A DNA stretch of 64,000 nt, from contig CM120640.1 of the NCBI GenBank assembly GCA_051362555.1, positions 5,890,001 through 5,954,000 on the forward strand. The letters run 5' to 3'. Positions 1-12,600 of this stretch are shown piece by piece. The first letter of the stretch is position 1. The number at the start of each line of letters is the position of its first letter. Under the pieces are notes generated by a model, which was not told where the DNA came from, did not search any database, and saw only the letters and a list, made by a program, of their open reading frames with translations. The position numbers and the translations under genes were made by a program. The DNA is from Lingula anatina. Its lineage: Eukaryota > Animalia > Brachiopoda.

Positions 1-75
1 AGACAGTAAGTGCTTTAAAGCCACTCCAGTCCGACACGGTATTTAAAAAGGACGATCACAAGATCGATGTTGTAA

Positions 76-228
76 TATAAAAAGAAAGTCAATTGAGCTT
101 GTGAAATGCAGCGGCTTAAATGCCTATAAGGGAATCTGGGAGTTTGGTGATAAAACTTCAAAACCAAACGTTTGCCTTTGAAACACGTGGACCTTGGGGC
201 GTGTTGACTAGCTGTAGGCTTGGTAAGT
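76..228 (+). promoter_or_regulatory. Putative TATA box and non-coding first exon of the 1915-3930 gene
   Basis: TATAAAA at 76-82. Consensus donor TTG|GTAAGT (GT at 223). Polypyrimidine acceptor ctcttttcag ends at 1864, 50 nt upstream of the ATG at 1915. Inferred from motifs only. Confidence 0.4.
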
Positions 229-1914
229 TATCATGCTCTGGTTGCTTGTTAATTTTTTTACCGTAAACCTGCTCGGTAATTGAAACTTTTATCATGTGAT
301 AATGTTTGCTGATCTAGGGCCAATTTTATTACATTAACGGAGAAATGAATTTACCATTGCACCGTTCTGTCGTCTCTCCCTCCTTGCCTGGTGTATGTTC
401 AAACATATAATTCAATGGCGTACCATTAAATCAAACCGTACACATAATTATTCTTATGGCCAACCTGTGAGAAGACATAAAAAGCTATTTTGATGTCACT
501 TTTACGAGTGTCTACATGCTTAAGCTGGAGTCCCGAAGGCAATCTTTACCGCTATGTTTACGTGTTCCCAGCCTAAATGAGGGATGTTCACATTGTCAGA
601 TGAATATTATGTGCTGTTTTAGTGCTGTGTTTTAGCCAACCCTGATACAGGCTGTATAGATATCAATAAAAAAACAAGGTAATTCATGTGGCGCTACGGG
701 AAGCCAACCCTCAGCAGAGAACGAAAGAAACATAATTGCTCAGCTACCTATCCAAGAAATTAGCTATCGGATCATAGTTTTAAGTGTTTGTATACTGCAA
801 TACATTCACACGCACGTGTTATAACTCAGTGTTTGTAAACTCCCGTAAGGGACTCGATTATACATTGGCACTACCTTGTTATCTCCATAAAATGGCGTCT
901 GGCAAGATATGAGTGTCATCCGAACGTCCAAAGAGCGTAAGTTTGCCCCATGCAAACAAAAACGTCGACTATGCTTAGGAGTAACACAAATAAAGACGAG
1001 TTCTCGAAGTGTAAAGTCATCTAATAACAGACCCCAATTAAGCAATAGATATACTCAGCATCGCGCTTGAATGAGGTTGTTTCGCACGAAGTCAACATAA
1101 ACCTTAATCCATTGCAAATATTACAGACACTCGCCCCTTCAACATGGTGATTGCTGTATCAAAGAAGGGTTTGTCGTCCCAGTGGAAAATTAACGTCGGC
1201 AAATATGGACATACCATATAGTAGCTGCTATGTAAATTTGAACAAGCGTTTTGAACACAATTAGAATCATTTCAGAATCTTTTTGTGGCTTAAAGCTATG
1301 TCTTTTCAGGAAATAATGAAGAAATTCCATAAGAACAAGGATCATAAAAAACGATTTACATGTAACGTCTTCCGATAACAGCAGATTTTCGCGCAACTTT
1401 TACGATAGATTAAAGAATAATTACAAAAGTTTGTGTTGACTGTGTTCCGAAGAGACCACGTTTTTCGTGTACGTTGAGAGTTCAGTGATTTGAATACCTC
1501 ACCCTGCGTGGCCCTTTGATCCTGAACATAAAATCTGATATGAAGTATGTGTGGGGACATCTATATATAATGAAACTTACATTAACGCAGGTTTTGAGAC
1601 CAACGGGTTATTAACCCCCTGCAAATTAACGAACGACCAATTACATACCTCGTAAATAGCCCGTTTCCTAGGAAACACGTCGTAATGGACGATTTTGGAG
1701 AGTCCGGAGACAGTTAGCAATGTGTGTACAGCGTGTGCAACGCCATAATTTTACTATTCTAGGAAATCAGCCAGGAAGATAATTGCTTTTATATTTCGTT
1801 TGAAGTCCAGTTTCAGTGTCAAATGCATATGGTCTTTATAGATATTTTACTTATCTCTTTTCAGAAATCTAGTGTGAATCTACAGAGACAGCACGACAGA
1901 CGTCGAGAATAAAA

Positions 1915-3930
1915 ATGGCAACCATGAGGACTTTAACTGTCTGGTTCCAATTATTCATCCTCCCTGTGACCGTGTATGGAGTTTGCAATTTCCCAGATTT
2001 TCTCCAGCCACACCCAGACATTCCGGGTAGCCACTGGCTGTATAAAGTTATGGACCAAAACAATGAGAGGTCGTTTACGGCAGTGCAAACCAAAGTTTAC
2101 TTCCAAGGCGGTTCTATGATGGTGAAAGTGAAAGCCGGTCGTCGTGCCAGAAACCCACCATCTCCTTATAACCGCACGTGTGAGGAAGTCGTTAACGGTG
2201 ACAAATTCTTAGTGCGCCATAAAGACTCTACCGGAGTAATGAAGTATACTTGTATGCAATTTATACAGAGAACCAGGAACGTCGTTCAAATGAAGGAAGC
2301 TGAGCTGAGCTCGACTTATGATATATCTTTGTGCGACGACCAGAATCTGCTTTTGGACGACTGGCCAATGCTGGAGGAGCGCGACGTCCGGACCAACTAC
2401 CATAAGTGTCCGCTCATGGACGGTTTCGATCTGGAAATATACGACAATAAGAAGAACAGAGAACTTTGCGCAGATGAATTCGTCCCTCCCCGCATGGAAA
2501 GCGAGTGTCTGGTGGGCGAAGGAATAGTTTTTACATTCCCCGGTGGCGGAAGATGTATGATGAGGACTCTTCTCTTGAATTCGGGTGACGCCGTCCACTG
2601 CCTGGCTAGCTGGACTGAAGGGCCATACACATTTGCAGTGCTCCGTCATGCTAAACGCACCTACTACTGGGGTCTACGTTTCCCAACCCGAGGAGGATCC
2701 TCCTTCACCGCTCATCTCATGAAGGATGTTGTGTTTGACCGCGGAGCCAGTTTCTCACATACCATGAATTACCTTACTCTAACCATGACAAGTATGAAAC
2801 TGGGCGCTCTCTGCAAGGACGCGTTTCCAAAGTGTACAACACTGGTCGGCTCCTGCACTGACGAGGTGGTGGCCAAACACTGCCCTGCTACTTGTGGCCT
2901 CTGTTCTCCAGATACTTACCCCACCTTCCTCGATTTCCCGTCAGGTTTCCGAGGAGAGTGGATCAAGTCCACAGCACGGGGTCAAGCATCCGTCAAAATA
3001 AACACCAACACGATCAACATCGAGAACTTTGCCACATTTCAACCGATTCAGCTGAGTGGCCAAGTAGCAAACAACCTCTATCCCGTAGTCACCTCTTTCG
3101 CCAACGGATGTCGCCCGCGTTTTTCTTGTCTTAATATGGAGAATGTTACTCGATCGGTCATCCAGTACAGGGTAGGAATTAGTATTAATTGGCCTCTGTT
3201 CTCTTCCGAAACCTTGTGTGACACCAGAAGTTTCCGTAGTGATCTACCTCCACTCTTTGACACTTACAGAAGTGAGCTCCTCCGTAATCTCGTAAGAAAG
3301 TACAACACGGAAACAGTTCCGTGTGATCTCCGGGCAAACTATTCCTTCACAACTCAAGTCGAAGGCGCCGCTTGTAAAGGGAACTTGGCACATAAATCCT
3401 GCTATAACCAAAAAGAGATGACGATGAAGTTATCAGACTGTTCGGCTAGCCCTTCTACAACTACATTTTCTTGTCTCGCTTCGTACGACGGGTCTGGCGG
3501 TGGACAATTCATTGTTACTGAAGACAAAGCAACGTCTGAGATACAGTGTTGGAACTTCCCTATTGATAAACCTGGCACTGCGTATGCCAGTATGGCAGGG
3601 GATTGTGACGACCAAACTGCCTTGAGGTTTGGCCTCGGCATTGGGGCTTCACCGGAATATGTTCTTGAGAAAATGACATCCACAGAAGAGGACTGTAAGG
3701 ACTTGCCATCAACCACTAAAGCTACTACCACTACAGAAAAAATAACCTCAAAACCTGAAGGGACTAAGAATCCACCATATAAGGTCGAAACCGACAAACC
3801 TAAATCCACCAGCAAGCCTGGGTCAGTAGGTGCAGTAGGTAATGGTTCATGCAGGACATTCTACTTAAACCAGTATCTAATAATTATCTTATTATTACCA
3901 GTGCATATATGGCGGACATACCTATCATAG
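1915..3930 (+). CDS. Uncharacterised secreted, probably GPI-anchored Cys-rich protein (671 aa) with an internal ShKT-like six-Cys module
   Basis: Uninterrupted 2016-nt ORF, GC-richer than its flanks. N-terminal signal peptide (MATMRTLTVWFQLFILPVTVYG|VC). Two modules begin C/x-x-FP..W (CNFPDFL..SHW; LDFPSGFRGEW). ShKT-like CKDAFPKC..C..HCPATCGLC at 2812-2904. T/K/P-rich stalk, then small residues and a hydrophobic C-terminus with no cytoplasmic tail. Confidence 0.85.
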   Translation: MATMRTLTVWFQLFILPVTVYGVCNFPDFLQPHPDIPGSHWLYKVMDQNNERSFTAVQTKVYFQGGSMMVKVKAGRRARNPPSPYNRTCEEVVNGDKFLVRHKDSTGVMKYTCMQFIQRTRNVVQMKEAELSSTYDISLCDDQNLLLDDWPMLEERDVRTNYHKCPLMDGFDLEIYDNKKNRELCADEFVPPRMESECLVGEGIVFTFPGGGRCMMRTLLLNSGDAVHCLASWTEGPYTFAVLRHAKRTYYWGLRFPTRGGSSFTAHLMKDVVFDRGASFSHTMNYLTLTMTSMKLGALCKDAFPKCTTLVGSCTDEVVAKHCPATCGLCSPDTYPTFLDFPSGFRGEWIKSTARGQASVKINTNTINIENFATFQPIQLSGQVANNLYPVVTSFANGCRPRFSCLNMENVTRSVIQYRVGISINWPLFSSETLCDTRSFRSDLPPLFDTYRSELLRNLVRKYNTETVPCDLRANYSFTTQVEGAACKGNLAHKSCYNQKEMTMKLSDCSASPSTTTFSCLASYDGSGGGQFIVTEDKATSEIQCWNFPIDKPGTAYASMAGDCDDQTALRFGLGIGASPEYVLEKMTSTEEDCKDLPSTTKATTTTEKITSKPEGTKNPPYKVETDKPKSTSKPGSVGAVGNGSCRTFYLNQYLIIILLLPVHIWRTYLS

Positions 3931-4949
3931 TATGACATTTTAAAAACGGAACCGCGCGGGGTCTCAAGAATCCAAACTAGCTCCGCGCATAATAGAGGAA
4001 GATAGCTCTATTGGTGGTTAATCCAACCAATGAATGCTCAAGGCTTGTGCAATATGCTACATTCCCCGCACTCGCCGTTGGTGGTTGTGAGCAAGTCAGG
4101 GGGAATACAAACGCGTGGTAGCTGACCCAAAGTAAAGGACGTGCGATTAAAAAGACACTTGGGTTCTTCTACTACATAGCAAAGCAAAGGCCTTGCGTTT
4201 GATGTTACCATTATTATACTAACAACCAGAAAGCTTTGAGAATGTGGCATTTGTATGAAGATAGGAAAAACAAACCCTTTTGTACTATTAATGTTGTAGG
4301 TTTTTTATTTCGCTTTTCATGCGGTTTTTGTCAATATGTAAATATGTCCCTTTTTACTTGGTATATTTTATTTTCGTTAACTGTAACTAATTATTGCGAT
4401 TCTCATAATTTGGGGTAGGGGTAGACACGATAAGCAGTAGGGTTCATAAGGGTCTGAAGCCACGTGCCCCGCGCAACAGTTACAAAAGGACCAATGGACA
4501 ATGCTTGTCTTAATATGTACCTCGTGATCCGAATTTATTAATTTTTTGTCTTCAGTGTTAATGAATGTTGTTGGTAAATTGAAAGATTGCGTAGTGGACC
4601 TGGCACAGGATTGATGTGCAAGCATGTCATTGTCAAGATCCTTTCTTCCCTCTGAATCGTGTCTTCTGTTAAGAAAAATGATGTAAGTAGCATAGAAATA
4701 TGTAACATTTGTGCAATGATAGTGTGAATGCTCTTCATTGATTGAAGAGCTGAGAAGCCTCGTATGCCAATATTGAAATTTTCATATATTTAAAATCTAT
4801 TCAGTCTGTAGGTAATATTCTTATACGTGTACTGGTGAGACCGATGTTAACGAGTAATGTTGCTCACACGAGAGAATAAGTTTAATGTAGTGTATCTGTT
4901 CTTGGTGTTCTAATAATATGTATGACATATATCGGGACTATATTGTGTA

Positions 4950-5041
4950 CAGGCACCCCGATATTATAACATACCTCAGCGTTATATATCATATACACTA
5001 TTACTGTCTATGTGCCTAGGCATCCCCGATATTATAACATA
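4950..5041. repeat. Short direct repeat (2 x ~23 bp)
   Basis: aggcaccccgatattataacata at ~4951 and aggcatccccgatattataacata at ~5018. Probably a repeat-element remnant. Confidence 0.5.
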
Positions 5042-8000
5042 AAAGTATTACGTAGCGTAGGTCATGTTTTCGATAATTTGATAATCTGTGTCGAAGTTAC
5101 ATCTTTGTTATCATGTCACAATATTTTTAAGGAACAAATAGCATTTATCCGATTGAAATAGGCACCATTTCATATCATGTCACGGGGTGGTGAAATTGAT
5201 AGACAAGAAGGTTACAAATCACACAGGTTCAGGCGACATGCTGGTAGGTCTTCACAAGGTAACACTGTGTATATATAAAAACTTCCATAAGGATAAAAAT
5301 TCATAACATTACTTCTCAAGAAGCCACGATAACTGCTAAATTTTAAGCAAATGTAGTGACGGCTAAAAGCACACCATTTCCTTCCTTACGTCATCGTGTT
5401 GATCACTGTAACATTTATCATAATTATCTTTATTACCATGCATTTGATTATGTATGTGTCATGAAGAAGACATTGATTGTGAGAAATGGACAGAATGTCT
5501 CCTCATATTGACTTGTATTTTCTCCCGTTGCATGCGGGTTCCAAATTTAACAGTGAAGCAGAATTGTTCGAAAATCCAACGAAATTCAAGTTAGAAATTC
5601 TTCGTCCCATGATCTTTTACATTTGGAACATCTTGTATATGGATCTCAAAAGGCCGCCATATTGGACGGCTGTATTACCTCAGAAATGTGTGTATATATA
5701 TTTCTCTCCAAGGTAGTACATGTGTAAAAAATCATATATAGGGGATTCTTTTGCTCAGATACGAAAAATTGAGTTTCATCCATCTTAACGTTATTTTATT
5801 ACGGATTTAATCAAGGCGGGCTGTAGAAATTATACATCTGTTTTAGATTAATTTTGTTATACGACGTTGAGAATACGTGACTCACATAGTTTTCCAAACT
5901 ACCTTGTATATTTTGACATATGATAATACACATTTAGGGGAATTGTGATTGGAAAAACCAACAACACGTTCTATGTACATCACTATGTCTTCCATAGACA
6001 AAGAGATTCTCCTTCAGATTTTTGTAGAAACGCATACGCATGCCATCCCTTTTGATATGCAAATCATTCCATTTTAGATGACTAAATGGATCGGATTACG
6101 TAAGTGTCGTCTGCTGGGAGGCGAGTTATCTACATGCATGGCTAGGCCACAATGTTCATTAGAAAATAATATGATAACAAATCTCAAAGTGAGTTGTGTA
6201 GGCAACTTACAATATTTCATGTTGACTTAGTTGTTACATTTCCAGAGAAGTATAAACAAATGTCGACTCACGTTTAATCCGAGTCGGTTTTGTAGCGTTT
6301 GATTTCTTTTTCACAGTGGTACCAGTACTGCGGCGAAGTAAAGCAAAGTATAAAACTTACAAAGATAGGCCCTTTCAATGAGAGATTGTCATGGGGCACG
6401 TGTTAGTTTATCGTAGATTTCGATAATGTATGGTAATATGTTATAATCTTTATAAGTGATGAATAAATGGATTTTTATGATACGAGTCGTTTGAAGAGAT
6501 TTTGTCGCATAATGCCAAAAAAAAAAAAAAAAAAAAAACATGGCAATTTTATCATACTATAATGAATTTTGCGATCTAAAAGAATAGAAATTCTTGCCAA
6601 ATCTCCATCGGTGAGGGTGAGCCCACGATTTAGACAGTTGACAAGTTGTTGGTCAAATCTACGATCACAATATCAGTAACGATATCCAATGAAGATGATG
6701 ACTGGTTAGTGTTGGCTCGAGGTGCACCCTGTTTGTATCTAAACACTCCTTTTGATCTGCATAGACTTCATGTTTTGCCAAGTCAAGGACACAAAATCTT
6801 TTCTTCCGCCGACTATTAAAACGGTCATTAACGTATCCGCTGCCGTTGTAGTTACTCGCCGAAACCTTAGATAACCGTTGCCTTGCACACAAGAAAAGTT
6901 GAGATGCCGAAACAAACTGTGGAATATCAAATGCGGGAATGCGATTGAAGTGCTGGTTTGTGTCGTCTCCAGCGCAATTAGATCACGTTTCACAACTACT
7001 GCATTCATATGCCATTTCTGTTGAGTCGAGTGCGTATGAAACCTGCCTTGGCAAAACGTCTAGTTCACCGAAACCGAAGCTTTTGAAGGGCACATATTCT
7101 GCGCTTGCACACTGTGTATTTCAAACCGGCCGTAAGTAATGCACGGTTAAAAACACTTAGCTGAGCCATAATTGGAAAGTATTGTTCCCAGTTATGTGCA
7201 GGTTAAGTGTGTGAAAATAGAGTAGAGTCACGCTTGGTTCTGCTTTCAATGCAATAAATCAAAATACTGCTACTAATTGTTCTGTTACTTTACTACATAA
7301 AAAACGACCTTAGTCGTGTAGAAGCAAGGGCAGGCAAGGAGAGAGAGGGGTAGACCCCCGAAGGCCTATTATAAATGATGAAAGTCAGAGATTCATACTA
7401 AATTGATGATTTGACGCTTTAACGTACTACTTGAATGATGTCATGAATGTTTTTAAAAGCTACTGTCCTACTATCCTATTAGGAAATGAAAAAGATAGAG
7501 CTCTGTAAAATTTACTGGCAAATTGAATTTTTTTGAATAAATATTAAAAATATGTCAGAAACTCAGAAACTTAATGCCAGTGATTAGAAAAGAATAAAAA
7601 CATTGATAAAATCGCCTTTTTCGTCCCAATGTCTCCATGTGTATCTCCCGTCGTTGAAACAGAGGGAAACGATATAAATATTAACAGGTCCAAAACTATA
7701 GTCCCTTCCCTCGCTTCCATTTCACTCAGGAAGCGTCCTCTCAGTCTCACGGTTCGTTATAGTTACAGTTCACGAGGACACGAATTCCTCAGTATCGAAT
7801 GATCGAAAAGAAATCTAAAAAATTGAGCAAAGCCCATGTATAGGCCATCAACATAGCACGGACCGGTTCCTATCTTTTCCTGTTTTCAAGAAAAGAACGC
7901 CATTAGAAACGTAATTTTCAAAATGAGCCATGATGGAATTCAACGCGGCACCAGATCTAATTGCAACCGAGTTTTTTTTCTTATGTTTATGCCAGATTGG

Positions 8001-9141
8001 ACCCCTAATCCACATTCGTATAAATGTGTGGTTATTGTTTAAATCTACTGAAGTGACTTTTATTATATCACAGGAATTTATTGAAAGGTATTTAACATAT
8101 ATTGCAATCAACTTTGCCTAGGAATGTTTATTGTTTAAATTATATTGAAATTTAATGACAAGAAAGCATAGCTAAGGCAACGTGGGTTTGGGAAGCTTTT
8201 CATCTTTTTGAAAAATAAGCTTTAGATCACTGCATTTCCGGAATTGTTTCCGATTAAACCCCCAACACGAAGTTGAAAACAGACTTAAGACCAAGCGTTA
8301 TTTCCATTTCCACACTCCGTAACAGAAACATGGGCTTAGTCACCGGCCGAGATATAGGTACTAAAACAATTTGTTTGTTACGATTGATCGGTTCAGAAAA
8401 TATTGCTTCCAACGCCCACGGTAAAATCCAATTAATATGTCTGAAGTTATTTAATAGTGGTTGAAAAGTAATGTTTCGCTCTACTGAGCAGCTGGAGTAC
8501 TTAATAATTCCAAGGTCGTCATGTTAGTATATTGCAGAGGGAGCAAAGAACATACAGATCGGAAACAATCAGCAAACACGTGGGGACCTAATTTGGCCCC
8601 ATATATTTACAAAAGCTATTTATCTTTTTTTTTCAAAATCACTATCAAAAAGAGCACAAATTGTTTTTCCTGTCTAAAAAGATTTTTAAAAAAAGTAATC
8701 CTCTAATTGTTTGGGTGTAATTGGTATGGATTGCAAGAACGAAATCAACAGCAATGAACGGACCACATCTGGGTTGTGTCTATCATTGTAAAAACAAGTA
8801 TAAGCAGGGTGGTTGACAGGCCCCCCTATTACCTCTTCAGGCCACGATTCCAAACTTTCATTTTATTGAACCGCGTAATAAACGGGTATGTTGCCAGGAC
8901 ATAGGCCTGTTTCAAGTATCAGGTCACAATGGCAATTAGAGAAAAAAAATCGTATATCACAGAACCCAATAATGGCAGTCAAAAGACATCTCCACTTCTT
9001 GTAACGCGAGAGCAAATACTTCATTGGAAAAACAGGTGTGAAGAATTTGATTTGGTGCTATATACACTTAAAGCCACAATACATATCATGAAACGTGCTC
9101 CCGAAATTTACAGCGCAACGGAAGTGAGCCAGTTCCTGGCT

Positions 9142-9304
9142 GGGCGTGGCTTAATTCTTTTTAAATAAAAAAGGTTACCAAACCTGCCTCTTTTCTGACT
9201 TTGGACAATTCTGTGTGCAGGGACAGCAGTGCAAACGCCTTCGCGCTGCCAGCTTTAATTAATTAACCGCTACCGGTGGTAGATGCCAGTGTTTGCTTTA
9301 TAAA
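9142..9304 (+). promoter_or_regulatory. Putative thrombospondin core promoter
   Basis: GGGCGTGGC (SP/KLF-like) at 9142-9150 and TATAAA at 9299-9304, ~340 nt upstream of the signal-peptide ATG at 9646. Confidence 0.35.
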
Positions 9305-9645
9305 GTAAGTTGTATCGAATTAGAAGAGAGCAGTGATCCGCTGTCTGCAGTCAGTGAATGGTGATAGCGCCTCAGGACTAGCAAGACGACAGTACATATG
9401 CTTTAACTCGACAACTATAGTATTGTGAACCCTCTCCCTCGATAACCTGCAATAAGTATTCCATGAAAAAGCACTTGTAACCAGTGCAAAACCGCGACCT
9501 TTAGGCTACTGGATATATGTCACTTTGGATCTCAGAACGGTGTAAAACCAACTGTATCGATACTCAGCCTCCAAGCAGCAGCAACGGCCCTATGTTATAT
9601 TAACACGGATATCTCTTGAGAACTGCAATCTGACATTCCTATGCA

Positions 9646-12600
9646 ATGGGACCAGACTTCAAAAAGAGTTGCCTTATAACGTTCTTTTTTGCGACCTGTT
9701 GTTTCGCTGCTAACAGCAAACAGGACAAAAAACACGGTAAGGAATATGACATAACACTGTACTAGATTAGTAACAAAGACATCGGTACAGATCACGCGCT
9801 GAACGTGAGGCTAAGCATTTAAGGGTTACAAACCCAAGTACTGCTATGGTCGATTCCAGAAGCCAGGCTTTGTTCAGCATTATACTCTTGCTGTGTAGAT
9901 ATTACTAGAATGTAGCACTGACGCTGGGTTATAAACAACAAAATTAACGTCTAGTTAAAGCTGAATGCGACTGGAGAGACCAAGTATCAAATATTGATCT
10001 TCAAAACAATAACAGTTGATATTTGATCTGGTTGATATTAAGCACAGATTGTAAGCTGGGGTTTCTTGTTACGAATTGGTTTCTGCAGACGTTGCCGAAC
10101 TTTGTTGTTAAATGTTGTCATTTAGATATCCCGTATGGAAAAAGTTTTATTACACTGTCATGTGCAGATGGTTTACAAATCGCAAGAGAATTCTTTAAAC
10201 TGTGTAATTTTTAACTTTTTTCACCATTACATCTCTATCAATTAAAAGTACATTTAATATTGTAATTCTCGATCCTATTTGACCTCCTTTATTTTGTAAT
10301 TGGTTTGCATGACGGTCTTTTTCATTACCTAATCACTCGTGTTTCACGTTTGTTTTTTCACGCCAGATGCAGCACGGAAGGACCTAGTGCGTGCCTTGAC
10401 AGCGCATACGGAGGTGGCAGTGATAGGAGATGTATCGCTGCGAAGGAAAAAGTCTGTCACGCTATTTTCCATACGGGTAGAAGACAAAAAGCAGTTGGAA
10501 ATGACCTTAGACAGAAACAACGTAAAAGGTAGGTTTCAAAGTGTATAACTACGGGAGAATTGAGAGATATTGAGGCAACGCTACCCAGCAACTTTCTGAG
10601 TGACGCATCCTTTCTGTTTTGTCAAAACAAATATGGGGAAACAGTAAAAATGTCGGTCAAGAAACATAGGAGGAACTCCCTGTGGAGACAGTGGCTGTGA
10701 ACGCTTGCATACAGTCTGTGAGCTCTTTTTCGGCAAATTGCAAAGACGTATTTTGTTACAAACCAGTTTCCTTGTTTTAACAAAAGATTATTTTAGATGT
10801 CATGAGAGGCAATGAGGTAGCAGAGAACGGCTGCGACTGACAGGAGAGTATGTTAAGAGCGTTTTAGGGCAACTGGGGTTAAATGTCTGCACTAAAAGGT
10901 ACCCGAGAAAAGTCTTGGTTACTGTTTAATAAAATAATATGCCAGTGTTTTCTTAAAGCCACATTGATTCAAATCCAATATTCTTGTCTATAGTGCCAAT
11001 TATGCTGGCAGTAGACATTTTATGATATTTCTCAGCACGGGGGCATAATGGTGAGAGGTATGGTTCAAATTAGCAAGCAATACCACATTCTTTAACACCG
11101 ACGCATTCGGAATTCGAGCACTTTTTTCTCGGCGACTTGTATCTAAATTCGTCCTACGGAGTGAAAATAATCCTTTGAGAAAGGACGTCTTTGAAAAGCA
11201 AATTATTATGCGTATTGCTAAACCACCTGTTTAAAGGGTCCCGTAGTGGGACCTCAAGAGACTGAGAAAAAAAATAAACGGTTAGGCATGATAGCAAATG
11301 TGTTCAGGCTTTTTGGCATGGCTCACTGAATATTTTATATATTTTCCTCGAGTTTCTGTTAACTGTGAAACGAATCAAATGGAATTTTATACAAACCTCA
11401 TTAGTTCTAGAATTACTTGCTGTTTTTATTTCCAGTCAGTCAAAATAGAACACTTGGTTCTTTAATGATTTATGTATTGCTGTACATAATCGTGATATCA
11501 GTGTAAATGATTTCTGTCCTAAACAACCAAAAATGACATCTAAATGTCTTCTCCTTCGACAACTCATTCGTAACATTCTTTATCTTAGATATAAATAAGA
11601 TCCCCTTCCTCGTAAATAGTAGTAAAATACTTTGTGGAGTTCCACCACAAACCAAAAGGCATCTAATCCGAGCGTGGTGACATTCCACAAATTGTTGATG
11701 TCCATCAAGTAAAGAGGTACATAGTTTTTAAAGAACGTGAAGCAATTAAAATGAATTTATGTCCAGTAGCGCAAAAGTGAAGAACCCAATGTAGGCGTAG
11801 TTACCCAATACCGTTGCTACATGTGCAGTGATCAAGGTTTTTGACCTAATCCATCACAAGTACTTCCATGTTGCTGCACTATAAAAATCTAAAGAATAAG
11901 TTCTTATACATCGGTGATTAAATGCCGTTCAATGGCCGTTCAGCTCCTTTAGGTTGTGAATAGCGCAATAAATGGTTTCCAAAATGTTGTTTTTGCGGTT
12001 TGTTTTAAAAGACACAAAAAAGCTTTCTTGGGCAGTTTCTAACACACTTATAAAATCCACTTGCTAAACCAATAACGAACAACTAAGGATTTGTCAAAGT
12101 TCTGCTAAACTATATATTTTCTATAGTGTATCGTAAGTATTAATGGCGTCTATTTGCTATGTGTATTTTCACTACTTAATGTCTTTTAATTTTGGCTCCT
12201 TTAAATAAGAAATGTCCCTTGAAACAATAAGTATATCCTATCATAATTGTAATCAAGGAGATGAAGGAGCCTTTTTCTTATGTTTATTTCCTTGATTTCA
12301 GTGCTAACGAGTGTGAATTCCAGACCCTTTTTAACGAGGTTTCCCCACGGAGTGTCCAGTGCGACGTACAATGTGATCATTCACCTGTGGGACCTGCAGG
12401 AGGCGACCTCTGTAGTCCAGGTGTATGTGGACTGTGTGTCAGTGGGAAGGTTCTTCACGACTGGAGGCCTGAAAGACATACTGTTACAAAATACGTCAAC
12501 GTCAACGGTAGGTGTGACTGTGTCAGCTGAACAAAAAATGTATGGCAAAGAAAGCAGCATTCTGACACATCATTTCGTTTCAGTTTTTTCCGAGAATGGT

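Noticed and set aside
10016-10050. Possible extra thrombospondin exon [11 protein letters not shown] followed by GTAAG
   Set aside because: It resembles a TSPN start, but its phases (0/2) do not fit the flanking phase-1 junctions.
12261-12530. Cys-rich 89-aa ORF that looks EGF-like
   Set aside because: Wrong frame. The overlapping frame gives the TSPN VYVDC motif and matches the splice phases.
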